DNA of 64,000 nucleotides from a virus. Its lineage: Duplodnaviria; Caudoviricetes. The translations under genes were made by a program, and so were the position numbers. The stretch is taken from the IMG/VR virus record IMGVR_UViG_3300028048_000064, positions 1 through 64,000 of that record, one strand, 5' to 3'. Below, in pieces: positions 49,426 to 59,707 of the stretch. How positions within the stretch are numbered: position 1 is the first letter of the stretch; each line of letters opens with the position of its first letter. The notes under the pieces are model-generated. The model searched no databases. It was not told the origin of the DNA and saw only the letters and a program-made list of their open reading frames with translations.

Positions 49426-52400
49426 ATGGCAGAAACACTAAAAAACACAGTAAATCAAAACAAGCGTATATTATATGTAGAACCAAATGATGTCTATGGG
49501 AATATTAACGGTGTTCCTATGGCACCGGATTATTCTGATTATTGCATATCAGTAAATCTTATTGCAGAAGTAGTTACACGTTATCGTCAAACAGGTGGAG
49601 AGTCTGCTAAAAAAATTGTTTGCACTTTTTCTTGCAGACCTGGTGATGAAAGTGCTAAAACTTGGGTTTCTTTTCTACAAGGTGAAGATGCTAAGAAGTA
49701 TGGTGGTTCAAATGGTAATTTCCTAACTACATTCTATACGGATATTGACTATGATGATGTAGTTAAGAAAAATATTGTTGAAGGTTTTGGTATTGAAAGT
49801 GTACAAGTTTCTTTTGAAAGTTACTATACTCCAACAGTTGTTATTAAGTTTGTTGATGTAAGAGGTTCTTCTTTATTTGGAAGAGAGGAAGCAGTACATG
49901 AAAGTGGAGAAGATTTGTCTTCGTCAAGTGTTTTTGGTGTTTTCTTTACAGTGCCATATCCTAAATTTAAAATTCAGATTAAGGGATTTTACGGACGTGG
50001 CGTTACCTATCAATTAACATGTTCTGATTTTAAGGCTTCATTTAACTCACAGACAGGTAATTTCGAAGCCGTTGCTACCTTTATCGGTTATTCATATTCG
50101 TTGCTGACAGATATTCCGTTAAGATATCTGGTAGCAGCGCCTTATTGTAATTATATTGGTCGTGATTATTGGGAAAAACATTTGCACACTCCTGCATGGG
50201 CATTAAGTGACGGAAAACATCCACAAAAATTATTTGCTGTTATAGAAAAGATTAAATCTCTTCTCAATGACAAAGAAATAAAGAATAAGTTAATGTCCGA
50301 TGAAGAAACAGAACAGAAAAACAACATCAAGAATGAAAGGAGTCAACTTGCAACATTAGCAACTTCTTTAAAAGAATATATAAGCGCTTTAAGGGGATTA
50401 AATGAAACAAGCCAAAGTATATGGGTTAATGGTGATGAAGCAAATGATGAACAACTGATAATATTTGCTCACACAGATAAGGTTACTGTTGGGGATAAAG
50501 TTAGTCTTGCAAGTAAAACCTTTATTGAAGCATTTGATAATTATAATACTTCAAATAGAGGAAAAGCATTTAGTAACAACTTTTTGCCAAATTCATCCCA
50601 TTCTTCAAAGCAACCAAATGATAAGTTAGTTTTTACTAAATTATGCGATATTGTTAAGGAAAATGGTGTTATAACAAAACTTACATTTAGGTGTGAGAAG
50701 CAAAATGTTGATGGTATTAGGTCGATTGAACTTAATAATGGTATACGCATGTCTGAAACATTGGCAAAATACCTTTACAATGACAGCCACCTTGAAAATA
50801 ACGGTATTAGGGATTACTTTGGAGAATATTGTTATATCTTCAATCTTAACAAATTCCTTGGGGAGATAAATGAGAGGATTGAAAATTTAAATAAACAAGA
50901 TAAGGATATTAACAGAAAGGTTGCAGAGAAGGTACAGAAGGCTGCAAGTTTGGAATTAGGATTTACGCCTTATATCGGTGATGTATTCAAGATAATTATG
51001 TGTCATCTTGAAACATTTATTCATATGATGTGGGGCTGCTATCATAATATTGATAAAAGCAATCGTTCACCGGAATTTCTTAATTTGCCTTTGGATAAAA
51101 CTGATTTTGCCGGTCTTGATGAGAATAAAGGCCAAATAGGTGCATGGCCTGGCTTGTTTAATAACGGTAAGAAGACAAAAGATGGTGGTGATGAAGACAA
51201 ATCCATCGAGTCATTAGCTTGGGTTGGCGATTTTAGTCACAATTTTGAAGAGGAACGTTTTGTTGTATCATTATATAAGGCAATAAGGCACGTAGCAGAT
51301 GACACAAAAACTCCATCTAAGCCGCTTACTTTGGTTTCTGGCTTTCCAATTATGCCAAGTGACATAAATGATATGTCCGCCATTTTCGGAAGCAGCACAG
51401 AGAATAATATGTCAGCGTTGGCTGGTTATCTTTCATTTAGGGCAGCACAGATTTTTGGTGTGTTATTGAAAGACAAACCAACAATAGAATTGGCTAAAGC
51501 ATTTGGTAAGATGGATGCATATAACTTCTTCAGTTTTATGCAGTCAAGGAGTGAGTTGAAAAACAAATATATTGAAGCAGCATCTGGTAATTCTATGGAA
51601 AATATTCTATATGGAATATCAAAGTGCTCTGATGAGTTTAACACTTATTGTCAGAATACATTCCAAGAAACAAATAAGGCACGTCATTCATTTGAAACCG
51701 TTTATTCAATAAATAAGGAATACAATAAGAGGGAAAGGCATCCAATGTTTGTTGAAGATAGTTCCAACATGAAATATGTACATTATTACACAAAGAGTAA
51801 GGTTGGAATGGTTCCTGATATTATTGCATCATATAAAAAATATGAAGATACATTTGAATATAAAAAGGTAGGTGATGCAGAGCCTTATTTTGAGTTCAAA
51901 AAAACAAACTCAGATGATAATGCATGGAAACAAGATAACCTTTTACATAAGTCAAGCGATGCAACATTGTTTGGTAATAGCGAAGTTGTAAACTACATCA
52001 ACGATGATATGTTCAATATTGATACTAATTCATATTTGTCAGACTCTGTAAAACAGAAATATGATGAGTTGAAAAGTGGTACGTTCAAGATTTATGGCGA
52101 TGAGTTCACAGATGATTTCAAGAATGTACTTGAAAAACTATGGCATGTCGAGGATGATGACTATGGCAAATATTTCAAGGATAATGCTTATATGTTAAGT
52201 AAACCTTTGAACAGTTTAGGCATAACTGAGGGTGAATTGTATCCAATTGGTAAAGCAAAGGATGATTTGTCAAATGCACCAGTAACTGTTGATAATGAAA
52301 AATGGCTTGAGACTACTAATAGTAGCATATCTTATACTTCTACTGATGATGATGGAAAGTGGGTAGATAATGAAGGAACAGAGATGTCCGTAAGTAATCT

Positions 52401-55400
52401 TTCAGTAAGGTACATTCAAAGCGTATTCCCAAAGTCAAGTGGTGAATATGAATATCAAAATCTGTTTGGAGACCCATTCTATTACTTACAGAATGATGAA
52501 GTGGCGAAAACCGGTAGTGAGACAATATCAGATAGTGACAGTGACGAAGATAAAGCACAGAAGACAAATATTAGATTACAGCGTCAGAAACGTGTAAAGG
52601 CATTGTTATTCTTGCATTGTCTTAACTATAATATTAAAGATATTCCGCAGTTCTTTAATAGAAACAAGAAGTCAGGTGGTATATATGCATTGCCTTATGG
52701 CTATGTATTATTGCTTGGTGGCTTGCTTTGGAGAAAGAAGTATTTTGACAAGAATAATGTTGACCCAATACAAAGTGGCTCAAATGGTTATAAAACAGTT
52801 GGTAATGGAAATACATTATTTACCAAACTGAAGGATGGACAATATAGGATGTGTGCATTAATGGATAGTGATAGTGCACAGAAATATAATGTTACAGTTG
52901 CATCATTATTTGGTGATAGTTGGGTACCTGATTACCATATTATGAATAAATTCATTTCTGTTTTCGAAACATTCGTCAATGGTGAATGGGGACGTATTAT
53001 GCCCAAACTTGAATTAAAGAGATATGAAAAAGAAGTTACTGATACAAGTACAACATATAAGGTTAAGACATATACGTGTGAAACATTCAAGAAAGATGTT
53101 GCATTGTTTAAGGAAGAGTTGAAATTCTCTCTTCAAAATGACAGACCTATCTATGTTCAAGATTTAAAGAAGACAATTGAAAGAAATGCCTATATTTTGC
53201 ATCGATTAGGTTTTAAGTATTTCAGCAACTTCTTTGATAACTATCGTTACATATATGTCAAGAAGGACTTCAGAGATGGCGGTTCGAGAGGTTTGTTATT
53301 ATTGTTGAATGAAAACAGCGTTGAAACGCAGAAAATATTAAAGGATATATATACAAGAAAAGTAACTGTAACAGACTCCTGTGGTTATTCTTATAAATGT
53401 GGTGAAGTAAGCAGTGATAATGAAATAAATATAAGTGGTGAGATATTCAAGGCATATCTGTCAAGTTTTAGGTCTAAGATAGAAGATATAGCAAGGGATG
53501 ATAACAGCAGTACATTAAGTGAATACGATGATAGTTTCACTAATGTAAAGAGAGATATTGTATTACCTATTTATTTGTATTTGAAGACATTATGGGATAG
53601 ATGGCTTGTTTCAACTCCAAATAGGAAGTTAAAGGATGGACGTACAATAAGTTATGAGGATTATTATAATGTAGAGAATTTCTACAATAGTTTCATATTC
53701 ATTGACTCATTCTATACAAATATATATAAGAAACTACTTATAAACTGTGATTCACTTAAAACCTCATATCTTGGAAGAGATGAGGACGGAACATTATTCC
53801 AATTTATTGGTGATATAACAAAAGACCATCATTGTATCTTCCTTGCTTTACCGGATTATATTGATATGGGCAATGCCGACAGCAAAACAGCCGTTGATGA
53901 AATGAAGAACATGTTCAGACCAATTCCATATACTGAAATGAATGATTTGGATTGTGAGAATAGGTTTGTAGTGATTTATTCCCCAAGAATGTCAGAATAT
54001 CCAACATCAGATACAGGACATAAAGCAGATTATATCAAGATTTGGAATCCTGTTACAGACAGATGGGATGACACTTTGCCCGATACATTCACAACAGAAC
54101 CAGTAACTGATGGTAATACAGATTTGGTTTCACGTTATGGGTATTATGTACCGTCATTTGGCGTTGCATTTAGCAGACAGAATAATAACATGTTCAAGGC
54201 TATTAATCTTAACATGACAAGCCCACTTGTAACATCAGCATCCATTAATGCAGCATCACGTATTGCAGAGATGGGGTCTGGGTCATCACATAAGGTGGCA
54301 TTTATGGGTCAGGACTTATATCCGGTTTATAGCAATTATTCTTATGTCTGTGAGATTGAGATGTTGGGTAATGCACAAGTACAGCCTTTGATGTATTTCC
54401 AATTGATGAATATACCTATGTGGAGTGGTGTATATATGATATTTAACGTAACCCACACCATTTCAGCAGGTAACATGGTTACAAGGTTCAAGGGAATGAA
54501 ACTTGCAAGAAATCCACTGCCTTATAATTCAGAATGGTTCATGTTTAATCCGGAAGATGTTGACTATGAACCATATGAAACCGGTGATTATTCAGACAAT
54601 GAGGAAGAAAATACAAGTAACGATAGTAGTGATATTGTTGTTATTAGTGGGGATAATTATACACGTTCCAATAATCCTGGCAATCATTATGATGAATCTG
54701 AAAACTATGCCGGTGGCGAAAAAGGCACAACATATACTACAAGGGATAGTTGTCCCGGTGGTGACAAAAGGGTAAGTTCTAAAATCAAGAAACTCTATAA
54801 TGAATTATATGAGGAAATTAAAAACTACCAAACAAAGAATGGCGGTAAGATGACATGGAATGTTGGTATCACAAGTGTTGGACATGGTGGCCATACAAAG
54901 GGGTCACAGCATTATAGAGGTTACGCAATAGACTTGCAATTGACAAAGTTTGATGAAAAGGGTAAGTGTAAAGGGCTTGTTAGTGGTAAGAATAAGACAC
55001 CTGACAAGAATTATTTCATTGTCATGGATATACTTTTCTCACTTCATTTCAAAGATATACGTCAGTGCATTTATGAAGTATATGATACGGGCCAATATTA
55101 TGACCCAACAAGACAATATCAGCCAAAATGTTTGCATATTGGCGTAAAGGAAACTGATGAGCATCAGAAACAACTTGCGCATTTCTTCTGTGATAATGGC
55201 GGGTATAATAATTATATCTTTAATGGTAAAGAATTACTGCCAGAATTTAAGGGTATTGCCTCCAAGTATTATAGAGTAGATAAAGGGCGATTAAAGGGAG
55301 TATTCATTAATTTTAAAAACTATAGTACATCACAACTTGATGCACTGTTTAATGGAGTAGGCAGTAGTAGTACGGGTGGATGTGATACTACAGCTGTGGC

Positions 55401-55854
55401 TTCTAATCTCAATGGGTCAAATAAGGGGAATATTAAAATTGTACGTTATTATCTTAAACAAGAACTTGATATAAATGATATACAATTCTGCGGTATTGCA
55501 GGTAACTTAGTTCAAGAGAGCAGTTTCAACCCAAAAGCAGAAGAATATCCGGGTAAAGAAAATTATGGCGGTAAAGGTATTGCTCAATGGACAGGTGATA
55601 GAAGAAAAAAAGCAACTGAATGGTTAGGAAAGCCAATTATAAAAGCATCTTTGAAAGAACAGACAAATTTATTAATTTATGAGTTAAATGGTACAGAAAA
55701 AAATGCTTTGAAGGAACTTAAGACAGCAACAACGGTAGCGGATGCAGTTAGGATATTCTGTGAGAAATATGAAAGGCCAAAAGCAGTAGAACTTTGTCAG
55801 AGAATTAAGTACGCTAATCTTGTAAAACAGATGATTGATGGTGGGCAAATCTAA
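49426..55854 (+). CDS. Large baseplate hub/tail-associated lysin with M15-like peptidase and phage tail lysozyme domains
   Basis: N-terminal FGIESVQV...FVDVRG...PYPKF...KGFYG; EMLGNAQVQP...G.Y.I..VTH; SQHYRGYAID...LHIG; GIAGNLVQES...GIAQWT...YERP. Confidence 0.8.
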   Translation: MAETLKNTVNQNKRILYVEPNDVYGNINGVPMAPDYSDYCISVNLIAEVVTRYRQTGGESAKKIVCTFSCRPGDESAKTWVSFLQGEDAKKYGGSNGNFLTTFYTDIDYDDVVKKNIVEGFGIESVQVSFESYYTPTVVIKFVDVRGSSLFGREEAVHESGEDLSSSSVFGVFFTVPYPKFKIQIKGFYGRGVTYQLTCSDFKASFNSQTGNFEAVATFIGYSYSLLTDIPLRYLVAAPYCNYIGRDYWEKHLHTPAWALSDGKHPQKLFAVIEKIKSLLNDKEIKNKLMSDEETEQKNNIKNERSQLATLATSLKEYISALRGLNETSQSIWVNGDEANDEQLIIFAHTDKVTVGDKVSLASKTFIEAFDNYNTSNRGKAFSNNFLPNSSHSSKQPNDKLVFTKLCDIVKENGVITKLTFRCEKQNVDGIRSIELNNGIRMSETLAKYLYNDSHLENNGIRDYFGEYCYIFNLNKFLGEINERIENLNKQDKDINRKVAEKVQKAASLELGFTPYIGDVFKIIMCHLETFIHMMWGCYHNIDKSNRSPEFLNLPLDKTDFAGLDENKGQIGAWPGLFNNGKKTKDGGDEDKSIESLAWVGDFSHNFEEERFVVSLYKAIRHVADDTKTPSKPLTLVSGFPIMPSDINDMSAIFGSSTENNMSALAGYLSFRAAQIFGVLLKDKPTIELAKAFGKMDAYNFFSFMQSRSELKNKYIEAASGNSMENILYGISKCSDEFNTYCQNTFQETNKARHSFETVYSINKEYNKRERHPMFVEDSSNMKYVHYYTKSKVGMVPDIIASYKKYEDTFEYKKVGDAEPYFEFKKTNSDDNAWKQDNLLHKSSDATLFGNSEVVNYINDDMFNIDTNSYLSDSVKQKYDELKSGTFKIYGDEFTDDFKNVLEKLWHVEDDDYGKYFKDNAYMLSKPLNSLGITEGELYPIGKAKDDLSNAPVTVDNEKWLETTNSSISYTSTDDDGKWVDNEGTEMSVSNLSVRYIQSVFPKSSGEYEYQNLFGDPFYYLQNDEVAKTGSETISDSDSDEDKAQKTNIRLQRQKRVKALLFLHCLNYNIKDIPQFFNRNKKSGGIYALPYGYVLLLGGLLWRKKYFDKNNVDPIQSGSNGYKTVGNGNTLFTKLKDGQYRMCALMDSDSAQKYNVTVASLFGDSWVPDYHIMNKFISVFETFVNGEWGRIMPKLELKRYEKEVTDTSTTYKVKTYTCETFKKDVALFKEELKFSLQNDRPIYVQDLKKTIERNAYILHRLGFKYFSNFFDNYRYIYVKKDFRDGGSRGLLLLLNENSVETQKILKDIYTRKVTVTDSCGYSYKCGEVSSDNEINISGEIFKAYLSSFRSKIEDIARDDNSSTLSEYDDSFTNVKRDIVLPIYLYLKTLWDRWLVSTPNRKLKDGRTISYEDYYNVENFYNSFIFIDSFYTNIYKKLLINCDSLKTSYLGRDEDGTLFQFIGDITKDHHCIFLALPDYIDMGNADSKTAVDEMKNMFRPIPYTEMNDLDCENRFVVIYSPRMSEYPTSDTGHKADYIKIWNPVTDRWDDTLPDTFTTEPVTDGNTDLVSRYGYYVPSFGVAFSRQNNNMFKAINLNMTSPLVTSASINAASRIAEMGSGSSHKVAFMGQDLYPVYSNYSYVCEIEMLGNAQVQPLMYFQLMNIPMWSGVYMIFNVTHTISAGNMVTRFKGMKLARNPLPYNSEWFMFNPEDVDYEPYETGDYSDNEEENTSNDSSDIVVISGDNYTRSNNPGNHYDESENYAGGEKGTTYTTRDSCPGGDKRVSSKIKKLYNELYEEIKNYQTKNGGKMTWNVGITSVGHGGHTKGSQHYRGYAIDLQLTKFDEKGKCKGLVSGKNKTPDKNYFIVMDILFSLHFKDIRQCIYEVYDTGQYYDPTRQYQPKCLHIGVKETDEHQKQLAHFFCDNGGYNNYIFNGKELLPEFKGIASKYYRVDKGRLKGVFINFKNYSTSQLDALFNGVGSSSTGGCDTTAVASNLNGSNKGNIKIVRYYLKQELDINDIQFCGIAGNLVQESSFNPKAEEYPGKENYGGKGIAQWTGDRRKKATEWLGKPIIKASLKEQTNLLIYELNGTEKNALKELKTATTVADAVRIFCEKYERPKAVELCQRIKYANLVKQMIDGGQI

Positions 55855-55872
55855 AAAAAGTTAATAGTTTAT

Positions 55873-55903
55873 TTTGATATTTCAAATAAAAGCAGTATCT
55901 TTG
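55873..55903 (+). promoter_or_regulatory. Bacteroidetes-type promoter
   Basis: TTTG-N19-TAtcTTTG. Confidence 0.75.
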
Positions 55904-55926
55904 CAATGTAAAAATGATAAAATGGT

Positions 55927-56541
55927 ATGCAAAAACTTGCAAATATTGTAACAAAGGGTAATAAAGACCAATACAGTAAGATATATAATGTAGTCAGTTC
56001 ATGTGAAGGGATTGACTGTGATTTACCTACGTTATATATAGGTCTTTCAAGTGCGAAGAAGTGTATAGATAACTTTTCTATATTGAAAAAACATTATAAA
56101 GACCAAAACTGTTGGTGGACATTTACCAAGACAGAACGTAGGAATGATTATATCAATGATTTGGAACAATTCCAAGAGGATGTAATACTTAATGCATTGA
56201 AGAATGTAAGATATGAATATGTTGATATTATCAAGTACAAGAGAAAACGTATAGTTAATTTCATCAAGTATATCTATTCCAATTCAGATAAACTATGTTT
56301 CATTACAAGAGGTAGTAATTTTATCTTCATCTATGATGTAAAGTTAAAGACGGTTTTCGGCTTGTCGTTGTCATTATGCGAATATTTAGGTATAAACAAA
56401 CATAAGATAATAGAAAAGATTAAGTCAAATAAGTTTAATCAATTCATACCAAATGTATCGTTTCTTAATGCTGATATTAAGCGTATAATCGGCAATAACA
56501 CTCATTACATAATGCCTTTGTATAGTTATTTTAGAAAATAA
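55927..56541 (+). CDS. Hypothetical protein
   Basis: 204-aa ORF behind a host-type promoter. Confidence 0.75.
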   Translation: MQKLANIVTKGNKDQYSKIYNVVSSCEGIDCDLPTLYIGLSSAKKCIDNFSILKKHYKDQNCWWTFTKTERRNDYINDLEQFQEDVILNALKNVRYEYVDIIKYKRKRIVNFIKYIYSNSDKLCFITRGSNFIFIYDVKLKTVFGLSLSLCEYLGINKHKIIEKIKSNKFNQFIPNVSFLNADIKRIIGNNTHYIMPLYSYFRK

Positions 56542-56581
56542 CAACTATTTATAATATATAATATTAATAAGGTATAATAAG

Positions 56582-56875
56582 ATGCCACAGAGATTCATAG
56601 GTAAAAACCCACATAAGAAATGCATACGTCCTATCAGTAGGATGATATTGGCTAATAGTAAGCCAACTACAGTTAATGTGGAGACAGAAAATAAAAAAGT
56701 TAATGAAGAAAACGAAATGAATACCATAGAGCAGTTGAAATCAATAGTCGGTGATGAAACCAAAATCCCAAAGAGGAAAGTAAAGGTTGAGAAGAAAGAC
56801 AAGGGTCTTATCGAGCGTACTGAGGATAGTACCATACTTTTGACTGAAGATGATAAAATGATGCTTAACGATTAA
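56582..56875 (+). CDS. Hypothetical small protein
   Basis: TATTTAT at 56546; C-terminus KGLIERTE...ILLTEDDKMMLND. Confidence 0.7.
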   Translation: MPQRFIGKNPHKKCIRPISRMILANSKPTTVNVETENKKVNEENEMNTIEQLKSIVGDETKIPKRKVKVEKKDKGLIERTEDSTILLTEDDKMMLND

Positions 56876-56882
56876 TAAACCA

Positions 56883-57689
56883 ATGGCAGTTGTTGATAAG
56901 GAATTACTTAAGAAGTATCATCTTGAGGAAGCGCAGAAACGTTTCCAACAGATTTGTGAATATAGTTTTATCACTAAGCCTATTCTTGATGAAGAGGGTG
57001 ATGATGATGTAGATGATAATCAGCAGCCTGATATGACTAAACAGGATGCACCTCAGCAGATGCCGCCACAAAATAATGATAATGGCGGCAACAACATGCC
57101 ACAAGGTATGGGAAATGATAATAATGGTGGAGATATGCCACCAATGACAGATGATAATCAACAACCGGATGGTAATGACGAACCTATGGATGTTGATTTT
57201 GAACCGTCAGATGAACAGCCGGAGGATGATGCTGATAAAAACGTAGACTCCATGCAGGATGGCGATGAAGTCATTGATGTTGATGAACTGACTCAAGCAC
57301 AGGAAACTGCTGATGTCAAGATTGATGGTGTAAATGACAAACTCCAAGACCTATTGGCTGTTACAACCAAATTCATTGCAGCCGTTGACCAAAATAATCA
57401 GAAGATTGATGATTTGAGAGCTGAGTTTGAAAAACGTAACCCATCTGAAGAAGAGAAAATTAATATTCGCTCACAGGCATCTGCCCCATATTCTGAAACA
57501 CCTAAGAGTTTCTGGGATAAAAAGACACAGGATTCTAACTATAATGTCATTTATAATAACGATGTTGACCCTGATAAAGAGGAAAAGGAATATGTAATCA
57601 CAAAGGCTGATATAAACGGCAATGATGACCGTTCTCTTGCAAGGTCACTTGACTATCCGTCAAAATTACAAGATTTTATAAACTTTTAA
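56883..57689 (+). CDS. Acidic low-complexity protein, possible prohead core/scaffold
   Basis: LEEAQKRFQQICEY, D/Q/P/N-rich linker, coiled coil. Confidence 0.65.
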   Translation: MAVVDKELLKKYHLEEAQKRFQQICEYSFITKPILDEEGDDDVDDNQQPDMTKQDAPQQMPPQNNDNGGNNMPQGMGNDNNGGDMPPMTDDNQQPDGNDEPMDVDFEPSDEQPEDDADKNVDSMQDGDEVIDVDELTQAQETADVKIDGVNDKLQDLLAVTTKFIAAVDQNNQKIDDLRAEFEKRNPSEEEKINIRSQASAPYSETPKSFWDKKTQDSNYNVIYNNDVDPDKEEKEYVITKADINGNDDRSLARSLDYPSKLQDFINF

Positions 57690-57718
57690 CATTAAAAACA
57701 TAATTTCAGACTATTTAT

Positions 57719-57760
57719 ATACAGTAATTCGGAAAAATAACCGGTTACTGTATTTTTTTT
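57719..57760 (+). terminator. Intrinsic terminator
   Basis: atacagtaattcgg-N8-ccggttactgtat plus T-run. Confidence 0.75.
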
Positions 57761-57771
57761 GTACGAAAAAT

Positions 57772-57802
57772 TTTGAAATGTGAAAAAATGGTAGTATATT
57801 TA
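57772..57802 (+). promoter_or_regulatory. Bacteroidetes-type promoter (variant) for the ssb-tdk-recA genes
   Basis: TTTG-N19-TAtaTTTA. Confidence 0.6.
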
Positions 57803-57861
57803 CAGCGTGAAAAAGACAATATGATATAAATTATAAAATAATTAAATATATTTTTAGTAAA

Positions 57862-58962
57862 ATGACAGAAAATATTAACTTAAATGTAAACACAAGTGCG
57901 GATGTAATTCTCCGTCAGCGTGAAGCAATTTTAGCAAAGAAAGACAATCAGCAATTTAAGAAGAAGTTTGAATTTGATGAAAAAAATTATCTTAACTTGC
58001 GCCTTAACAAGGGTGAAACTCAAAGAAAAGTAACAGTTAGAATTCTACCTGTAAGTGCGGATAACCCAACACCATTCCTTATTCTTCATACACATTCAAT
58101 GAAGGTATCTACTGAGGTTTCAAAAAGTGGATACAAGTCGTTTATTTGCCTTAATGAAGATAAACTGCCAAATCATGATGGACGTGGATGCCCATTGTGT
58201 CAAAAGTCAGCTGAACTACTTAAGCAAAGTAATGCAATTCCTAATGATGAAGCACATAAGGCTGAGAGAAAGGCACTTTTCAAGCAAGGAATGCAGTATA
58301 AGTCCAAGGAAACGTTTATTGTACGTGTAATTGAACGTGGCCATGAGGATGAAGGTGTTAAGTTCTGGCGCTTTAATGCCCATAACGATGGAACAGGTAT
58401 CTATGACCAACTTATGTCAATCTTTGATAATAGGGCACAGGAATCAATTGATACAGGTGATGCCTATTACAAGATAGAAAACTATGCAGATGACGGTAGT
58501 GCAGGATATAGACACGTTAAGATTGATGAGGACGAATACAATAGTCTTCCTGAAAATGAACGTACCATTATCCCTTATAATGTATTTGACTTGAATAATG
58601 GTAAGGATTTCATTATCACACTGCAATATGTCCCAACAACTGACAAGACAACCATGACTATCAATGACGCAGGTAAGGAAACACCTCTGTCAAAGGATAT
58701 CAATAAGGCTATGGCTTGGGTTAATGACGAAAAGACTTGGGAAGATTTGTATTCCCTTAAATCATTTGAATACCTTGACCTTATATCTGAAGGAAAAGTT
58801 CCATTCTATAGTAAAGCAGAAGAAAAGTGGGTGGATAAGGCAACCGTAAGCAATGATGATATTGCAGCAGCAGAAGCACGGAAGATTTTGGAAGGAACAT
58901 CTGATTTTAATACAACACCACAACTTGATAATGATGATAATGGGGATGACCTGCCATTCTAA
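57862..58962 (+). CDS. Single-stranded DNA-binding protein (T4 gp32-like)
   Basis: VRILP, C...CPLC, GVKFWRF, FDLNNGKDF, acidic tail DDLPF. Confidence 0.85.
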   Translation: MTENINLNVNTSADVILRQREAILAKKDNQQFKKKFEFDEKNYLNLRLNKGETQRKVTVRILPVSADNPTPFLILHTHSMKVSTEVSKSGYKSFICLNEDKLPNHDGRGCPLCQKSAELLKQSNAIPNDEAHKAERKALFKQGMQYKSKETFIVRVIERGHEDEGVKFWRFNAHNDGTGIYDQLMSIFDNRAQESIDTGDAYYKIENYADDGSAGYRHVKIDEDEYNSLPENERTIIPYNVFDLNNGKDFIITLQYVPTTDKTTMTINDAGKETPLSKDINKAMAWVNDEKTWEDLYSLKSFEYLDLISEGKVPFYSKAEEKWVDKATVSNDDIAAAEARKILEGTSDFNTTPQLDNDDNGDDLPF

Positions 58963-58974
58963 ATAAGATTAAAT

Positions 58975-59004
58975 GGTCTAATTGACAAGAAAATCAGTTA
59001 GACC
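58975..59004 (+). terminator. Hairpin after ssb
   Basis: ggtctaattga-N8-tcagttagacc. Confidence 0.6.
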
Positions 59005-59045
59005 TAATTAATTTTAATAATAAAAAAATATGTTTTATTTATAAA

Positions 59046-59702
59046 ATGGCTAAATACTATTATTATTTTGGGTCAATGTCTTGCGGTAAAACAGCATTGC
59101 TTTTGATGAAGGCACATTCTTTTGAGGAACGTGGAATACCGTTTTTGTGCATAAAACCATCCATTGATGATAGAGACGGTGAAGATATTATCAAATCAAG
59201 AATTGGTCTATCAAGAGAATGCATTTCATTTGACACAACGCATAATCTATATAAGTTTATTGATAACTATATTGTTAATGTGACTATACAAGGATATGAT
59301 AGACCTAAGTGGATACTTGTTGATGAATGCCAATTCCTTTCAAAAGAACAAGTTGACCAACTTGCAGAGGTCGTTGATAATCTTGACATTAATGTGATGT
59401 GCTATGGGCTTAGAACTGATTTTAAAAGTGATTTGTTTGAAGGTTCTAAGAGATTAATGGAGATTGCTGATGACATTGAGGAAATAAAATCATCATGTGG
59501 ATGTGGAAGAAAAGCAATTATCAACGCAAGAATTGATGAGTTTGGTAATATCATAAGCGAAGGTGAACAAATTGAAATAGGTGGAGATGATAAATATATC
59601 TCACTATGCAGAAAATGCTATAAAAAGGCAATAGAAGAACAGAGGCAGGTAAAAAATAATAATACCTCAGAAAATGTAAATATAAATTTTAATGAATTAT
59701 AA
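59046..59702 (+). CDS. tdk: Thymidine kinase
   Basis: GSMSCGKT, ILVDECQFL, YGLRTDF, C.CGRKA, YISLCRKC. Confidence 0.95.
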   Translation: MAKYYYYFGSMSCGKTALLLMKAHSFEERGIPFLCIKPSIDDRDGEDIIKSRIGLSRECISFDTTHNLYKFIDNYIVNVTIQGYDRPKWILVDECQFLSKEQVDQLAEVVDNLDINVMCYGLRTDFKSDLFEGSKRLMEIADDIEEIKSSCGCGRKAIINARIDEFGNIISEGEQIEIGGDDKYISLCRKCYKKAIEEQRQVKNNNTSENVNINFNEL

Positions 59703-59707
59703 AAGAT

